Part shown: positions 1 through 9,942 of the stretch, piece after piece
Position numbering within the stretch: the stretch's first letter is position 1
Layout of the letters: the number at the start of each line of letters is the position of its first letter
DNA from: an uncultured Chloroflexia bacterium
GTDB taxonomy: Bacteria > Chloroflexota > Limnocylindria > Limnocylindrales > CSP1-4
Assembly: GCA_963817095.1 (NCBI GenBank)
Contig: CAWFND010000008.1
Location: 229,911 to 293,910 of the forward strand
DNA: 64,000 bases
Reading direction: 5' to 3'
The notes under the pieces: generated by a model
What the model saw: only the letters and a program-made list of their open reading frames with translations
What the model was told of the DNA's origin: nothing
The model's database searches: none
Made by a program: the position numbers and the translations under genes

Positions 1-1108
1 CGCCGACGGCGATCGCCGCGTTGGCGGGCGTCCGGAACGACGAGTTCACTGATCCCCAGAGCGAGCCGAGCGGCATCCGTCGATCGCGGCCCATCGAGAA
101 CATCAGGCGCGCCGTCGCGCCCTGGATCGCGGTGGTACACACGAAGACGGCGATGAGGATCACATAGAGGTAGATCGACCCGAATGTCTCGCCGAGCCCG
201 GCCCGGATCGCCGTGGCGATCGGTGCCGGATCCTTGAAGGCCGCTTGCATGTCGGGCGTCGCGAGGAGGATCGCGAGGAGGAATACGGCACCGATCGCGC
301 CGGACACCCAGATCGCCGTCAGGATCCCGCGGGGGGCCTGCCGGCTGGCGTCGATGGTCTCCTCTCCGAAGGTTCCCGCCGTGTCGAAGCCGTAGACGAC
401 GAACAGGCTCATGAACATCGCGATCGCGAAGACTGGCAAGTAGCCGCCGGTCTCCGGTGTCTCGACGCCCGCGGTCGTCGTCAGGATCGACACGGGCTGG
501 ACCCGCCCAACGATCAACAGGATGATGGCGAAGACGACCATCCCGAGGATCTCGGCCGCGACGCCGATGTTGTTGACGATCGACAGGAGCCGAATGCCGA
601 ACGCGTTGATCAGGGTGCTCACGATCAGCGACAGCAGGCCCCAGAAGACGAGGTTGTTCATCGCCGGGATGGGGCTCGGATCCGTAAGACTGAACCCGAA
701 GATCGACGAGAGGACGAGCGGCACCGTCGCCGCGACGGCGGTGACCGTCAGCACGCCGGCCCAGAAATAGAACCAGCCGGTGAACCAGCCGAGCGTGCGG
801 TTCGAGAGGCGCTTCGACCATTGATAGATCGACCCGGCGACCGGAAAGTGGCTGGCCAGCTCGGCGAAGTTCAGCGCGACGAAGGTCTGGCCCAGGACCA
901 CGAGTGGCCACGACCAGAAGAAGGCTGGCCCACCCATGCTGAGGCCGAGGGCGATCAGCGTGTACGTCCCGGTGGAGACGCTGATGTAGCTGAAGGCGAC
1001 CGCGAAGTTCGAGAGGAAGCCCAGCGACCGTTTCAGTTCCGGCTTGATCCCGAGCGACTGGAGGTGCGCGTCGTCTCGCGCAACCTGATCCTGGACCGGT
1101 TCCGTCAC
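1..1108 (-). CDS. APC-superfamily amino-acid permease, N-terminal ~369 aa (3' end beyond window start)
   Basis: Manual minus-strand translation from GTG at 1108..1106 reads VTEPVQDQVARDDAHLQSLGIKPELKRSLGFLSNFAVAFSYISVSTGTYTLIALGL...SIYQWSKRLSNRTLGWFTGWFYFWAGVL, with 12 TM-like hydrophobic segments. An in-frame TAG lies just upstream of the GTG. The plus-strand ORF 245..1228 is R/E-rich antisense noise. Confidence 0.75.
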   Translation of the reverse strand, partial: MTEPVQDQVARDDAHLQSLGIKPELKRSLGFLSNFAVAFSYISVSTGTYTLIALGLSMGGPAFFWSWPLVVLGQTFVALNFAELASHFPVAGSIYQWSKRLSNRTLGWFTGWFYFWAGVLTVTAVAATVPLVLSSIFGFSLTDPSPIPAMNNLVFWGLLSLIVSTLINAFGIRLLSIVNNIGVAAEILGMVVFAIILLIVGRVQPVSILTTTAGVETPETGGYLPVFAIAMFMSLFVVYGFDTAGTFGEETIDASRQAPRGILTAIWVSGAIGAVFLLAILLATPDMQAAFKDPAPIATAIRAGLGETFGSIYLYVILIAVFVCTTAIQGATARLMFSMGRDRRMPLGSLWGSVNSSFRTPANAAIAVG

Positions 1109-1111
1109 GAT

Positions 1112-1121
1112 CTCCTCCTCC
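1112..1121 (-). promoter_or_regulatory. Shine-Dalgarno GGAGGAGGAG, 3 nt upstream of the permease GTG
   Basis: Minus-strand sequence reads ggaggaggagatcGTG. Confidence 0.4.
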
Positions 1122-1496
1122 TACCACCGCGCCCGATAGGCGCGAGCCTGACCTCTGGAGTGGGACGCGAGGACGCTGGGACGCGCGGGCCGCTCCCTCC
1201 GCGGCATCGCGATTTCGGCCGAGAATAGGCATCGCCGCGGGGGGCGTCAACGGAGTTCCGGAACGCGGGGCCTGAACGGGTGGCCACCCCGGGGACCAAA
1301 CGACCGGCGGGCAGCGCCCAAACGGCTAGCCCGTTATCGGATTCGTCAGTTTGGGCCGTGCGGCGAACCGTCGGACCGCCCGCCGGCGCCTCTGGTGGCC
1401 CCAAGAGCTTCGAACCAGTACCGGCCGGTCGTTTGGTCCGCGGAAAGGCCACGCGACCTGGCAGCGAGCCCGGCGGCGAGGGCCGCGAGGAGTCGG

Positions 1497-2909
1497 TCAG
1501 CCCGCCGCCGGCGCGGTTGCCGTGCGCAGGGCGTCGGGCATCGCGCGACGCTGCTCCACCGGATGGACGTACCGATCGACCATCTCACGCGACCCGTTCA
1601 CGCCGAGCTCGGTGAACAGGAACGTGATCTTCCGACGCTGCGCCGCGAGGATCTCGTCCTTCGTCGCGAGGTCCCAGAGCTGGCGCTTGAACGGCCCGAT
1701 CGCCTTCTTCCGGGTCGTGTAGACGAACTGCTGGTCCGTCTGGTCCGGCTTGCGCTCGTCCAGCGCGTCCGCGTAGCACCATGCCTCGATCTCGCGGTGG
1801 AGCTCGGCGGGAAACGCCGGATGCTCGTAGAGCGCGTTCTGGAACCCCGTCGCGAGGTGGATCTCGGCGGTCTCGACCGCCGGGAAATGGTGGAACAGCT
1901 CGTCGGGCAATGTCGACGCCCCGTGCTGGACCGCGCCGGCCAGGCCGTACGCGCGGGCGACCTCGCCGAGCCGCTTGAGGACGTCGAAGTCGAGCTTGAC
2001 CGCGGCGATCGAGCCGTCCGCCATCGGCACGCCACCATGCGAGGTCCCCGTCTGGACGCTGACCTTGCTGATCCCGATCGCGCCGGGCGCTCGACGTTCC
2101 AGCTCCGCGCGATAGCCGTCGAGGTAGGCGACGAGCTCCTCCTCGTTCGAGTTCTCCTTGCCGACCTCGCCGATCTCGCCGCCGACGCTGACCGTCACGC
2201 CGTCGGTCTCGAGCGAGCGGATCAGGGCCGTCAGCTCGGCCGCGCGGAGGTAGTTCTCGCGTTGCTGCTCCTCGCGGGTCGCCTTCGAGAGGTCGACCAG
2301 GGTCGAGCTGTCGATATCGATGTTCCGGTAGCCGGCATCGATCGCGAGGCGGCAGGCCCGGCGGATCTCCTCGGTCATCGCCTCGGGGTCGGTCGCGTAC
2401 TTCTTCGCGTTGAACTGGTAGTGGTCGCCCTGGATGAAGACCGCGCCCGTCCAGCCGGCCGCGATCGCGCCGGCCAGGACGGCGGTCGAGTAGTCGATCG
2501 GCCGCTGGAACGTGTAGGTCTGCTCGCTCCGGGCGAGCTCGAGGATCACCGCGCCGACGCCGGCCGACGTCGCGGCCTCGTAGACGGTCCGGGCCATGTC
2601 GAAGGTCTGCGCCCGGAGGTTGATCGCCGGGACGGTGAAGCCGGACACCTCGCCGCGGGCCCGCGCCTCGTACAGCTCGTGGATGCTCGCGCTGTGCGCC
2701 CCGAGCGCCCGGGCGGCGTCGTGGATGAGCCATTGCGCGGCCGCCACCGTCGCCTCGTCCGTCGCGAACGCGGCGGTCCAGGCAAGGTCGCGGATCGTCG
2801 TGCTGCGGAACGTCGCCTCGTCGTCGACGACGAGCCGGTCGCCATCGAGATGGGCGGCGCCGCCCAGGCGATCGATCAGGTCGGGAACGCGTTCGGCGAC
2901 GTGCGGCAT
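1497..2909 (-). CDS. class II (metal-dependent) fructose/tagatose-bisphosphate aldolase family protein, long form
   Basis: A 470-aa ORF with QGDHY, VSVGGEIGEVGKENS, SVQTGTSHGG and VQHGASTLP blocks that resemble the class II FBA catalytic core. Overlapping plus-strand and alternative-frame ORFs are Arg-rich. Confidence 0.7.
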   Translation of the reverse strand: MPHVAERVPDLIDRLGGAAHLDGDRLVVDDEATFRSTTIRDLAWTAAFATDEATVAAAQWLIHDAARALGAHSASIHELYEARARGEVSGFTVPAINLRAQTFDMARTVYEAATSAGVGAVILELARSEQTYTFQRPIDYSTAVLAGAIAAGWTGAVFIQGDHYQFNAKKYATDPEAMTEEIRRACRLAIDAGYRNIDIDSSTLVDLSKATREEQQRENYLRAAELTALIRSLETDGVTVSVGGEIGEVGKENSNEEELVAYLDGYRAELERRAPGAIGISKVSVQTGTSHGGVPMADGSIAAVKLDFDVLKRLGEVARAYGLAGAVQHGASTLPDELFHHFPAVETAEIHLATGFQNALYEHPAFPAELHREIEAWCYADALDERKPDQTDQQFVYTTRKKAIGPFKRQLWDLATKDEILAAQRRKITFLFTELGVNGSREMVDRYVHPVEQRRAMPDALRTATAPAAG

Positions 2910-3042
2910 CGGTCGAGGCTCTCCAGCAGCGGGTGACGTCGGTCACCCGCATGGTAGCCCGACGGCCGACGAGGCCCCGGTTGCCGCGCGGGTTGCGACA
3001 GTCGGCAAGCCTGGATCGGCTGCACCGCCGCTCACCGGGCGA

Positions 3043-3531
3043 TCAGAAGACGGGCTTCGTCACCATCACGAGAACGATCAGGACGATGAGGACCGTGAGG
3101 AGCATCCCGCCCTGCTGGAGCTTCTTGCCCGTCGCGGCGATCTCGGCGGCGACATCGGGCGGCGGCGGGCCGGGCGGCAGGTCCTTGGTGAGGTGGACCA
3201 TCTTCTCGGCATTCTTCGCCTGGACGAAGACCGCGAACACGATCGCGACCAGGTACAGCGAGATCCCGATCAGGAGCCAGTGCCACGCGGTATCGGTGAG
3301 GGGGTTCACGCCGAGGATGAGGATCAAGGCGAGCCCCGTGATGCCCTGGACGATCGCGCCGGGGATCACGATCCGGCGTTCGATCAGTTCACTCAGCGCG
3401 GCGGCGAACGCACCGTTCTGGGGACTCTTCTGGGCCTGGCTCGCGATGATCGGGAAGACGAACGTCGGGCCGAACACGACGATCGCGCCCAGGACGTGAA
3501 GGAACAGGAACAGCGCGAGCAACGGGGACAT
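3043..3531 (-). CDS. DUF2269-like integral membrane protein
   Basis: 162 aa with four hydrophobic helices. The MSPLLALFLFLHVLGAIVVFGPTF start is typical of the family. Confidence 0.55.
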   Translation of the reverse strand: MSPLLALFLFLHVLGAIVVFGPTFVFPIIASQAQKSPQNGAFAAALSELIERRIVIPGAIVQGITGLALILILGVNPLTDTAWHWLLIGISLYLVAIVFAVFVQAKNAEKMVHLTKDLPPGPPPPDVAAEIAATGKKLQQGGMLLTVLIVLIVLVMVTKPVF

Positions 3532-3653
3532 TCGACCTCCATCGGGGGAACCGGTCAGCGCCGGTCATGACGGACCCCCGGCGAGGCCCAGCGTACGCGA
3601 TCGGACTTCCGGCTGTTGCCCCGATTTCGAGCGTGATGAACCTCGGGTCGCGG

Positions 3654-5777
3654 CTAGCCGACCCCGCGGGTCCGGTTCGCCACGAAGTCGACCAGGACGT
3701 ACTCGCCGAGGCGCTCCGGGGTCGCGTAGAACGCCCGGCCGCGGTTCATCCGCGTGACGAGCGCCACGAACTCCGCAAGCGCCCGCGATCGCTCGAGCAT
3801 GAACGTGTTGATCGTGATCCCGTCCCGGGTGCAGCGCTGGACCTCGCGGAGCGTCTCCTGGATCGTCCGGCGGGTTGGCGGGTAGCTGAACTCGACCTGG
3901 CCGTTCTCGAAGTGGGCGGTCGGCTCGCCGTCGGTGATCACGACGATCTGGCGGTCGCCGCCGCGCTGCCGGGCGAGGATCCGGCGCGCCAGCATCAGCC
4001 CGTGCTGGAGATTCGTGCCGTACTCGTAGCCGTGCCAGGTGAGCTCGGCGAGCGCCTCAGGCCGCAGCTCGCGGGCGTAGTAGGCGAAGCCGATGACCGA
4101 GAGATCGTCGTGCGGGAACTGGGTCCGGATCAAGGTATCCAGGGCGACGGCGACCTTCTTCGCGGCGACGAAGCAGCCGCGCAGGAGCATGGAGCGGCTC
4201 ATGTCGACGAGGAGGACCGTCGAGGTCCGGGTCATCTGCTCGGTCCGGAAGACCTCGAAGTCGGCGGGTGAGAGCTGAACGCCGGCCTCGCCGCGAGCCT
4301 GTCGGTCGTTCGGGGCGTTCTCCGGCCGGCGGAGGGCGTTCTCGATCGTGCCCCGGATGTCGAGATGGAACGGGTCCCCGAACTCGTACGGCTTCGTCGT
4401 CTCCTCTCGCTCCCCTCCCCGGCCGGCGCGGTCGATCCGATGCCCACCGAACGCATCCCGCGACAGCCGGGCGAAGAGATCGTCGAGGACCTTCTGGCCG
4501 ATCCGCCGGCTGCCGCGCGGCGTCAGCTCGAGGCGGTCGCCCTTGCGCGAGAGATAGCCGGCCTGCTCGAGCCGCCGAGCGAGCTCATCGAGCGCCTCGA
4601 GGTCGCGGGCGCTGTCCGGTCCGAGCAGCTCGCGGACCTCGTCGTGGTCGAGGCCCCCGAGGTCGGCCGGCTCCTCGATCGCATTCAGCTGGTCCTCGAG
4701 CCGGTCGAGCGACTGGAGCTGGCCGATCCGTTCCAGCGCCGGCTCCAGGCCGAGCGGCTGGTCGCCGCTGAACTCGTAGCCCTCGCCGAGCCCGTCCGGC
4801 ATCAGCTGGTCCATGTTGGACGCAAGCCGGGCCAGGTCCCAGCGCAGCCGATCGTCACGGAGCAGCGCGTCCATCATCGACTGGAGCTCGGCCCGCTGCT
4901 GGGGCGTCATGGACCGGAGGAGCGACGCCATCGCGGCCATCCGCTGGGTCAGCTGTTCGACGATGTCGTCCAGCGTCGTGGCGCCCGGAAAGAACCGCCC
5001 GTGCTGCGCGAGGAAGTCGTCGACCTGGTCCTGGCTCGGCTCGCGGCCGTCGAGCCGCTCCTCGAGCAGGCTGTTGAGGTCGCGGACCATGTCGCGGTTC
5101 GCGGCGAGCTCCTCGGGCGTCGTGCCCTGGATCGCCTCGGACAGCCCGTCGACGAATCGATCAAGCGTCTGCTTCCGGAGCCGCTCGGTCAGGGCATTGA
5201 ACCGGTCCCGTGCCTCCGGCTCCATGAAGTCGTACTCCTCGAGCCGGCGGATCCGTCCGCCAACGTCGCGAGGCAACGCGTCGAGCTGGTCGATCCGGCG
5301 GGCGGCGGCGTCGCGGAGCATCGCCCGGAGGGCCGGGTCCGCCGGCGAGCCGTCGGGCGGCGTGGCTGCCTCGTCCAGGCGTCGCTCGATCCCGGCCCGC
5401 TCCTGGGCGACGATGTCGTCGAGCTCCTGGCGGACGTCGGCGAGGACGTCGCGAAGCTGGTAGCGCTCCTGGAGCTCCTCGCGGCGACGGCGGAGTCGCT
5501 CTCGCAGCTCGTTCAGCCCGGCGAGGTCGCGACGAGTGGGATCGCTGGTCCGCCAGCCCCGCTCCATCAGCCGACGGAGCGCCTCCGACAGGTCGCCCTC
5601 GGCCATGACGTCGTCGGCCATCGCGTCCAGGATCTCGTCGGCGTCGAGCGCCGGGATCGTCTGGGTGCCGTCCCAGCGCGCGTACCGGGCCGCCCGGGCG
5701 AGCAGTGGATCGCGGGCGGCGGCGGCGGCGCCCGGCGCCTCGAGGTCGCGCGGATCCGGTGAGTACGACGCGGTCAC
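3654..5777 (-). CDS. vWA-domain protein (ChlD/BchD-like or CobT-like partner of the upstream AAA+ ATPase)
   Basis: A C-terminal vWA domain with the MIDAS motif VLLVDMSRSM. Start taken at GTG 5777, 17 nt after the stop of the upstream ATPase. The longer ORF extending to 5954 overlaps that ATPase and is low-complexity. Confidence 0.65.
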   Translation of the reverse strand: MTASYSPDPRDLEAPGAAAAARDPLLARAARYARWDGTQTIPALDADEILDAMADDVMAEGDLSEALRRLMERGWRTSDPTRRDLAGLNELRERLRRRREELQERYQLRDVLADVRQELDDIVAQERAGIERRLDEAATPPDGSPADPALRAMLRDAAARRIDQLDALPRDVGGRIRRLEEYDFMEPEARDRFNALTERLRKQTLDRFVDGLSEAIQGTTPEELAANRDMVRDLNSLLEERLDGREPSQDQVDDFLAQHGRFFPGATTLDDIVEQLTQRMAAMASLLRSMTPQQRAELQSMMDALLRDDRLRWDLARLASNMDQLMPDGLGEGYEFSGDQPLGLEPALERIGQLQSLDRLEDQLNAIEEPADLGGLDHDEVRELLGPDSARDLEALDELARRLEQAGYLSRKGDRLELTPRGSRRIGQKVLDDLFARLSRDAFGGHRIDRAGRGGEREETTKPYEFGDPFHLDIRGTIENALRRPENAPNDRQARGEAGVQLSPADFEVFRTEQMTRTSTVLLVDMSRSMLLRGCFVAAKKVAVALDTLIRTQFPHDDLSVIGFAYYARELRPEALAELTWHGYEYGTNLQHGLMLARRILARQRGGDRQIVVITDGEPTAHFENGQVEFSYPPTRRTIQETLREVQRCTRDGITINTFMLERSRALAEFVALVTRMNRGRAFYATPERLGEYVLVDFVANRTRGVG

Positions 5778-5793
5778 GAGCCGTCGCCGCCGC

Positions 5794-7242
5794 TCATCGC
5801 CGGTAGACGACGGCTCCGGAGCCCGAGCGGTCCTTGTTGATCCGCCGGGCGAGGTGGAGGCCCTCGAGGAGGAACTCGACTGCGGACGCCACGACCGCCG
5901 GCTCCTCCGCCCCGTCCGTGACGTCGAACGTGCCGAGCCGACGGACCGCGTCATGGAGCCCCGGGACCTCGCCCATCCAGTGGACGTACTCGCGGGACGG
6001 CACGCGATCGCCGGTCTCGACGACGAGCCCGTCCTCGAACGAGAGGACGACGTCGTCGAGGTCGTCGACGTCGACCCGCCGGCCGAACGTCGCGAACAGC
6101 GCCTTGGTGATCAGCCGCTCGACGATCCGCTCCTCGGGCGCGTCGTCGCCGACGGACTCCAGCTCGATCTTGCCGACGGTCGAGGCGATGACCGATCCGA
6201 GATCGGAGACGCGCGGCGCGGCCACGGTCTCGCCGAGTCGAACGGCCCGCCGCAGCGCGGCCGCCTCCAGCACTTCGGTGTTCGCGACGGTCACCCGGAC
6301 GCTGACGCCGGAGCGCTGGCTGATCTCGGGCGAGCGACGGGCGAGGTGGGTCAGCTCGGCCAGCAGCTCCTCCATGAAGCCCGGCACGGCGATCGCCGGC
6401 TCGTCGTCGCCGCCGACGAACCGATGCTTCTCCTGGCGGACGATCGCGAGCTCGTGGTCCAGGGTCCGCGGGTAGTGCGTCCGGATCTGCGACCCGAGCC
6501 GGTCCTTCAGCGGGGTGATGATCCGGCCGCGGCTCGTGTAGTCCTCCGGGTTCGCGCTCGCGACGACGAACAGGTCGAGCGGAAGCCGGACCTGGAAGCC
6601 GCGGATCTGGACGTCGCGCTCCTCGAGGATGTTCAGGAGTCCCACCTGGATCCGCTCGGCGAGGTCCGGCAGCTCGTTGATCGCGAAGATCCCGCGGTTC
6701 GAACGCGGGATCAGGCCGTAGTGGAGCGTCTGCTCGTCGCTCAGGTAGCGGCCCTCGGCGACGCGGATCGGGTCGACCTCGCCGATCAGGTCGGCGATCG
6801 TGATGTCCGGCGTCGCGAGCTTCTCGGCGTAGCGGCGGTCGCGTGGCAGCCAGTCGATCGGCGTGTCGTCACCGTGCTCGGCGACGATCGCCACGGCGCT
6901 CGGCGAGATCGGCGCGAGCGGATCGTCGTTCAGCTCACCGCCGCGAACGACGGGAATCGCCTCGTCCAGCAGCCCGACCAGCAGCCGCGCCAGCCGGGTC
7001 TTCGCCTGACCGCGCTCGCCGAGGAACACGAGATCCTGTCCCGCGATGATCGCGTTCTCGATCGCCGGCAGGACCGACTCGTCGTACCCGACGATGCCCG
7101 AGACGATCGGCTTCCCGGCTGCCAGACGGGCGAGCAGGTTCGCCCGAAGCTCCTCCTTGACCGAGCGTCCGGACCAGCCCGCGGCGCGCAGCTCCCCGAG
7201 GGTCTGCGGTCGGCGGGCGGGATCGACGGTCGTCGGTGGCAC
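5794..7242 (-). CDS. ChlI/BchI-like AAA+ ATPase (Mg-chelatase subunit I family)
   Basis: Contains IVGYDESVLPAIENAIIAGQDLVFLGERGQAKTRLARLL, which matches the ChlI signature IVGQ...GGVLI.GE.GTAKS. Sensor and arginine-finger region: NPEDYTSRGRIITPLKDRLG. Confidence 0.7.
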   Translation of the reverse strand: MPPTTVDPARRPQTLGELRAAGWSGRSVKEELRANLLARLAAGKPIVSGIVGYDESVLPAIENAIIAGQDLVFLGERGQAKTRLARLLVGLLDEAIPVVRGGELNDDPLAPISPSAVAIVAEHGDDTPIDWLPRDRRYAEKLATPDITIADLIGEVDPIRVAEGRYLSDEQTLHYGLIPRSNRGIFAINELPDLAERIQVGLLNILEERDVQIRGFQVRLPLDLFVVASANPEDYTSRGRIITPLKDRLGSQIRTHYPRTLDHELAIVRQEKHRFVGGDDEPAIAVPGFMEELLAELTHLARRSPEISQRSGVSVRVTVANTEVLEAAALRRAVRLGETVAAPRVSDLGSVIASTVGKIELESVGDDAPEERIVERLITKALFATFGRRVDVDDLDDVVLSFEDGLVVETGDRVPSREYVHWMGEVPGLHDAVRRLGTFDVTDGAEEPAVVASAVEFLLEGLHLARRINKDRSGSGAVVYRR

Positions 7243-7275
7243 GGGCGGCGAGCGTACGACCGGCTCCGCGAGGCG

Positions 7276-9942
7276 TCAAACGAGGGCGCCGGTGGGCACC
7301 GGTGCGGCCAGGACCTCCTCGATCACCTCGTCGATGGGGACCGCGGCGCCGGCCCGGAGCAGCACCTCTGCCCGATGCTCGCCGAGCCGCTCGACGGCCA
7401 GCTCGGCCGGGTCCGGCAGGTGGAGGATCTTGATCGGAGCCAGCATCAGGCCCCGCTCGCGCGCGAGCTCATGAACGGCGCCCGCGACCCGCGTGCCCAG
7501 CTCGGCGTCGCCATGGACGACCTGGAGCATCGCGGCCATCACCAGGTCGCGGGCGATCCCCGACCAGAACTCGCTCGCGGCGAAGATCCGCAGGCCGTCG
7601 ATCATGCGGGCCCAGGCCAGAGCCGGCTCGCCGAGCCGGAAGAGGATGCCTGCGAGGAGCGTTGACGCGTCGGCGATCTCGTTCCGCGAGGCCTGTCGTC
7701 GGTAGGCAGCGAGGTTCTCCTCCTGGAGCGCCCTGGCCCGGGCAACGTCGCCGGCCAGGAAGACTCCGAGCACGAGGGCCTGGCGCGCCCGGACCGCATC
7801 GTCCTCGCGATCCGCCGCGAGGTACAGGTCCAGGGCCTCCTGCTCGTGGCGGCGAAGGCTCTCTCCGTCGCGTTCCACCATCGACAGGAAGCCGCGGTCG
7901 TAGTGGGCGTCCGCGATCAGCAGCGGATCGCCCGTGCCCGAGGCGAGCTCCAGGCGTTCGTCGTAGGCGGTCCGGGACAGCCCCAGGTCGTCCATCCAGT
8001 AGGCCAGGCCACCCTGGGCGGCGAGCCCGCCGATCCGGTCGCGAACATCGCCGGCCGGCCGTGCGAGAAGCTCGGCGAGGATCGAGAGACCCTCGCGCAG
8101 CCGGCCGCGCTGCTGGAACCAGCGCCAGGTCGTTGCCATCAGTCGAAGGCCGACATCGGGCCGGTCGTTCGCCAACGCCCAGTCGATCGCCGCGCGCAGG
8201 TTGTACGACTCGTGGTCCAGCTGGTGGATCCGGGCCTCGCCCTCGGCACCGAGAATGCCCGAGCCGAGCCGCTCCGCAACCACGGTCATGAGATCCGCGT
8301 GCCGGAGCTGCGTCGCCACGAGCTCACCGCTCTCCTCGAGACGCTCGGCGGCGTACTCGCGAAGGAGCGGATGGAGCCCGAAGCGGGTCTCGTCGCCCCC
8401 GACCCCGGCGTCGTCGTCGGGCTCGACCCGCACCAGGCTCTTGTCGGCGAGGGATTCCAGCCCGTCCACGAGGTCGACCCCGAGGTCGCCGTCCGCGTTC
8501 GTGACGGCTTCGGCACCGTCGATCGTCCAGCCGCCGGCGAACACGGCCAACCGCCGGAACAGGCGGCGCTCCGCGTCGGACAGCAGATCGTGGCTCCAGG
8601 TGATCGCGCCCCGCAGCGTGCGCTGGCGCTCCGGCAGGTCGCGGCTGCCACCCGCCAGGTCCAGGCTGTGACCGAGTCGCTCGAGGATCTGGGCCGGACT
8701 CAAGGTTCGGACACGGGCTGCCGCGAGCTCGATCGCGAGGGGCAGGCCGCCGAGTCGGTCACAGATCGCGCGGATCGCGGCGCGACCCTCGTCGGTCAGG
8801 ACGAGGTCGGGTCGATGGCCGCGGGCCCGATCCTCGAACAGCTCGGCGCCCGCCGAACCGTCCAGCGGTGGAACCGGGAACCCGCGCTCGCCCGCGATCC
8901 GGAGCAGCTCGCGACTGGTCACGAGGATCCGGATCCCGGGCGCGGCCCGGACGAGCCCCGCGACGATGTCCGCGGCATCCGGAAGCAGCTGCTCGAGATT
9001 GTCGAGGACGAACAGCGCGGTCTGGTCCCGCAGGCTGGAGCGGAGCGCCTCTGCAACGGTCTGGTCCGTCGTCTCACGGACTCCGATCGTCACCGCGATC
9101 GCCGCCTCGAGCCGGGCGGGCTCACGCAGCGCGGCGAGGTCGACGAACCACGAGCCGTGCGGGAACCGGTCGACCGTGGTGCGGGCGACGCCCAGCGCGA
9201 GCCGGGTCTTGCCGCTCCCGCCGGGCCCGGTCAGGGTCACGATCCGGCTGGCCCCGAGTGCCTCGCGGATGAGGTCGATCTCCGCCTTGCGTCCCACCAG
9301 GGCCGTCACGTCGCCCGGCAGGTTCGACGGCGCATCGATCGTCCGGAGGCGCCGCGTGTCGTCGGCGGCCCCGGGGATCACGAGCCGGTGGAGCCGGGCG
9401 GGGTCGTCGAAGTCCTTGACGGCGCGCAGCCCCTCGTCTGCGAGCTCGACATCCTGGAGCGTCGACTCGCCCGCGAGTTCATCGCGAACCACATTCGCCA
9501 GCGCGTCGGACACGACGACCTGGCCACCGTTTCCGGCGGCCGAGATCCTGGCCGCGTAGTTCACGTCGATCCCGACGTAGTCCTCGGGATCGCCGTCCTG
9601 CCGACCGTGCCGGAGCCGGCCCTCGCCGATGTGCACGCCCATCCGGACACGGAGCGTCACGTCGCCGGGCCACGTCTCGGCGGCGAGGGCGTGCTGCGCG
9701 GCGGTCGCGGCCGTCACGGCGTCGATGGGTCGCTCGAATGCCGCGAAGAACGCGTCGCCCTCGGTCTTGACGACAGCGCCGCCGTTGGTCTCGATCGCGG
9801 TCCGCAGCAGGGCGTCGTGGCGCGCGACGATCCCCGCCCATGCCTCCGACCCGACGGCGCGCTCGAGGCGCGTGGATCCCTCGATGTCGGTGAACAGGAA
9901 CGTCACGGCCGGCCCGGTCGGGAGTCCCATCGCTCGCGTCAT
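7276..9942 (-). CDS. class III adenylate/guanylate cyclase domain, NB-ARC (STAND) ATPase and TPR multidomain protein
   Basis: N-terminal cyclase domain: FLFTDIEGSTRL...KTEGDAFFAAF...GVHIGE. Walker A: LTGPGGSGKTRLAL. C-terminal TPR-like helical repeats. No LuxR HTH is visible. Its ATG overlaps the VOC gene stop in an ATGA arrangement. Confidence 0.8.
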   Translation of the reverse strand: MTRAMGLPTGPAVTFLFTDIEGSTRLERAVGSEAWAGIVARHDALLRTAIETNGGAVVKTEGDAFFAAFERPIDAVTAATAAQHALAAETWPGDVTLRVRMGVHIGEGRLRHGRQDGDPEDYVGIDVNYAARISAAGNGGQVVVSDALANVVRDELAGESTLQDVELADEGLRAVKDFDDPARLHRLVIPGAADDTRRLRTIDAPSNLPGDVTALVGRKAEIDLIREALGASRIVTLTGPGGSGKTRLALGVARTTVDRFPHGSWFVDLAALREPARLEAAIAVTIGVRETTDQTVAEALRSSLRDQTALFVLDNLEQLLPDAADIVAGLVRAAPGIRILVTSRELLRIAGERGFPVPPLDGSAGAELFEDRARGHRPDLVLTDEGRAAIRAICDRLGGLPLAIELAAARVRTLSPAQILERLGHSLDLAGGSRDLPERQRTLRGAITWSHDLLSDAERRLFRRLAVFAGGWTIDGAEAVTNADGDLGVDLVDGLESLADKSLVRVEPDDDAGVGGDETRFGLHPLLREYAAERLEESGELVATQLRHADLMTVVAERLGSGILGAEGEARIHQLDHESYNLRAAIDWALANDRPDVGLRLMATTWRWFQQRGRLREGLSILAELLARPAGDVRDRIGGLAAQGGLAYWMDDLGLSRTAYDERLELASGTGDPLLIADAHYDRGFLSMVERDGESLRRHEQEALDLYLAADREDDAVRARQALVLGVFLAGDVARARALQEENLAAYRRQASRNEIADASTLLAGILFRLGEPALAWARMIDGLRIFAASEFWSGIARDLVMAAMLQVVHGDAELGTRVAGAVHELARERGLMLAPIKILHLPDPAELAVERLGEHRAEVLLRAGAAVPIDEVIEEVLAAPVPTGALV

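Noticed and set aside
245-1228. 327-aa plus-strand ORF (RREEDREEEY...)
   Set aside because: It is antisense to the APC permease, which translates cleanly on the minus strand. Its Arg/Glu/Asp-rich composition is typical of shadow ORFs in high-GC DNA.
1395-2952. 513-aa plus-strand and 455-aa minus-strand ORFs overlapping the aldolase gene
   Set aside because: They are Arg/Pro/Gly-rich low-complexity translations. Only the 1497..2909 minus frame gives a recognisable enzyme.
3567-7665. Possible mobile-element signatures near the AAA+/vWA pair (scanned for a transposase or integrase)
   Set aside because: No DDE, serine or tyrosine recombinase motifs, inverted terminal repeats or target duplications were seen.
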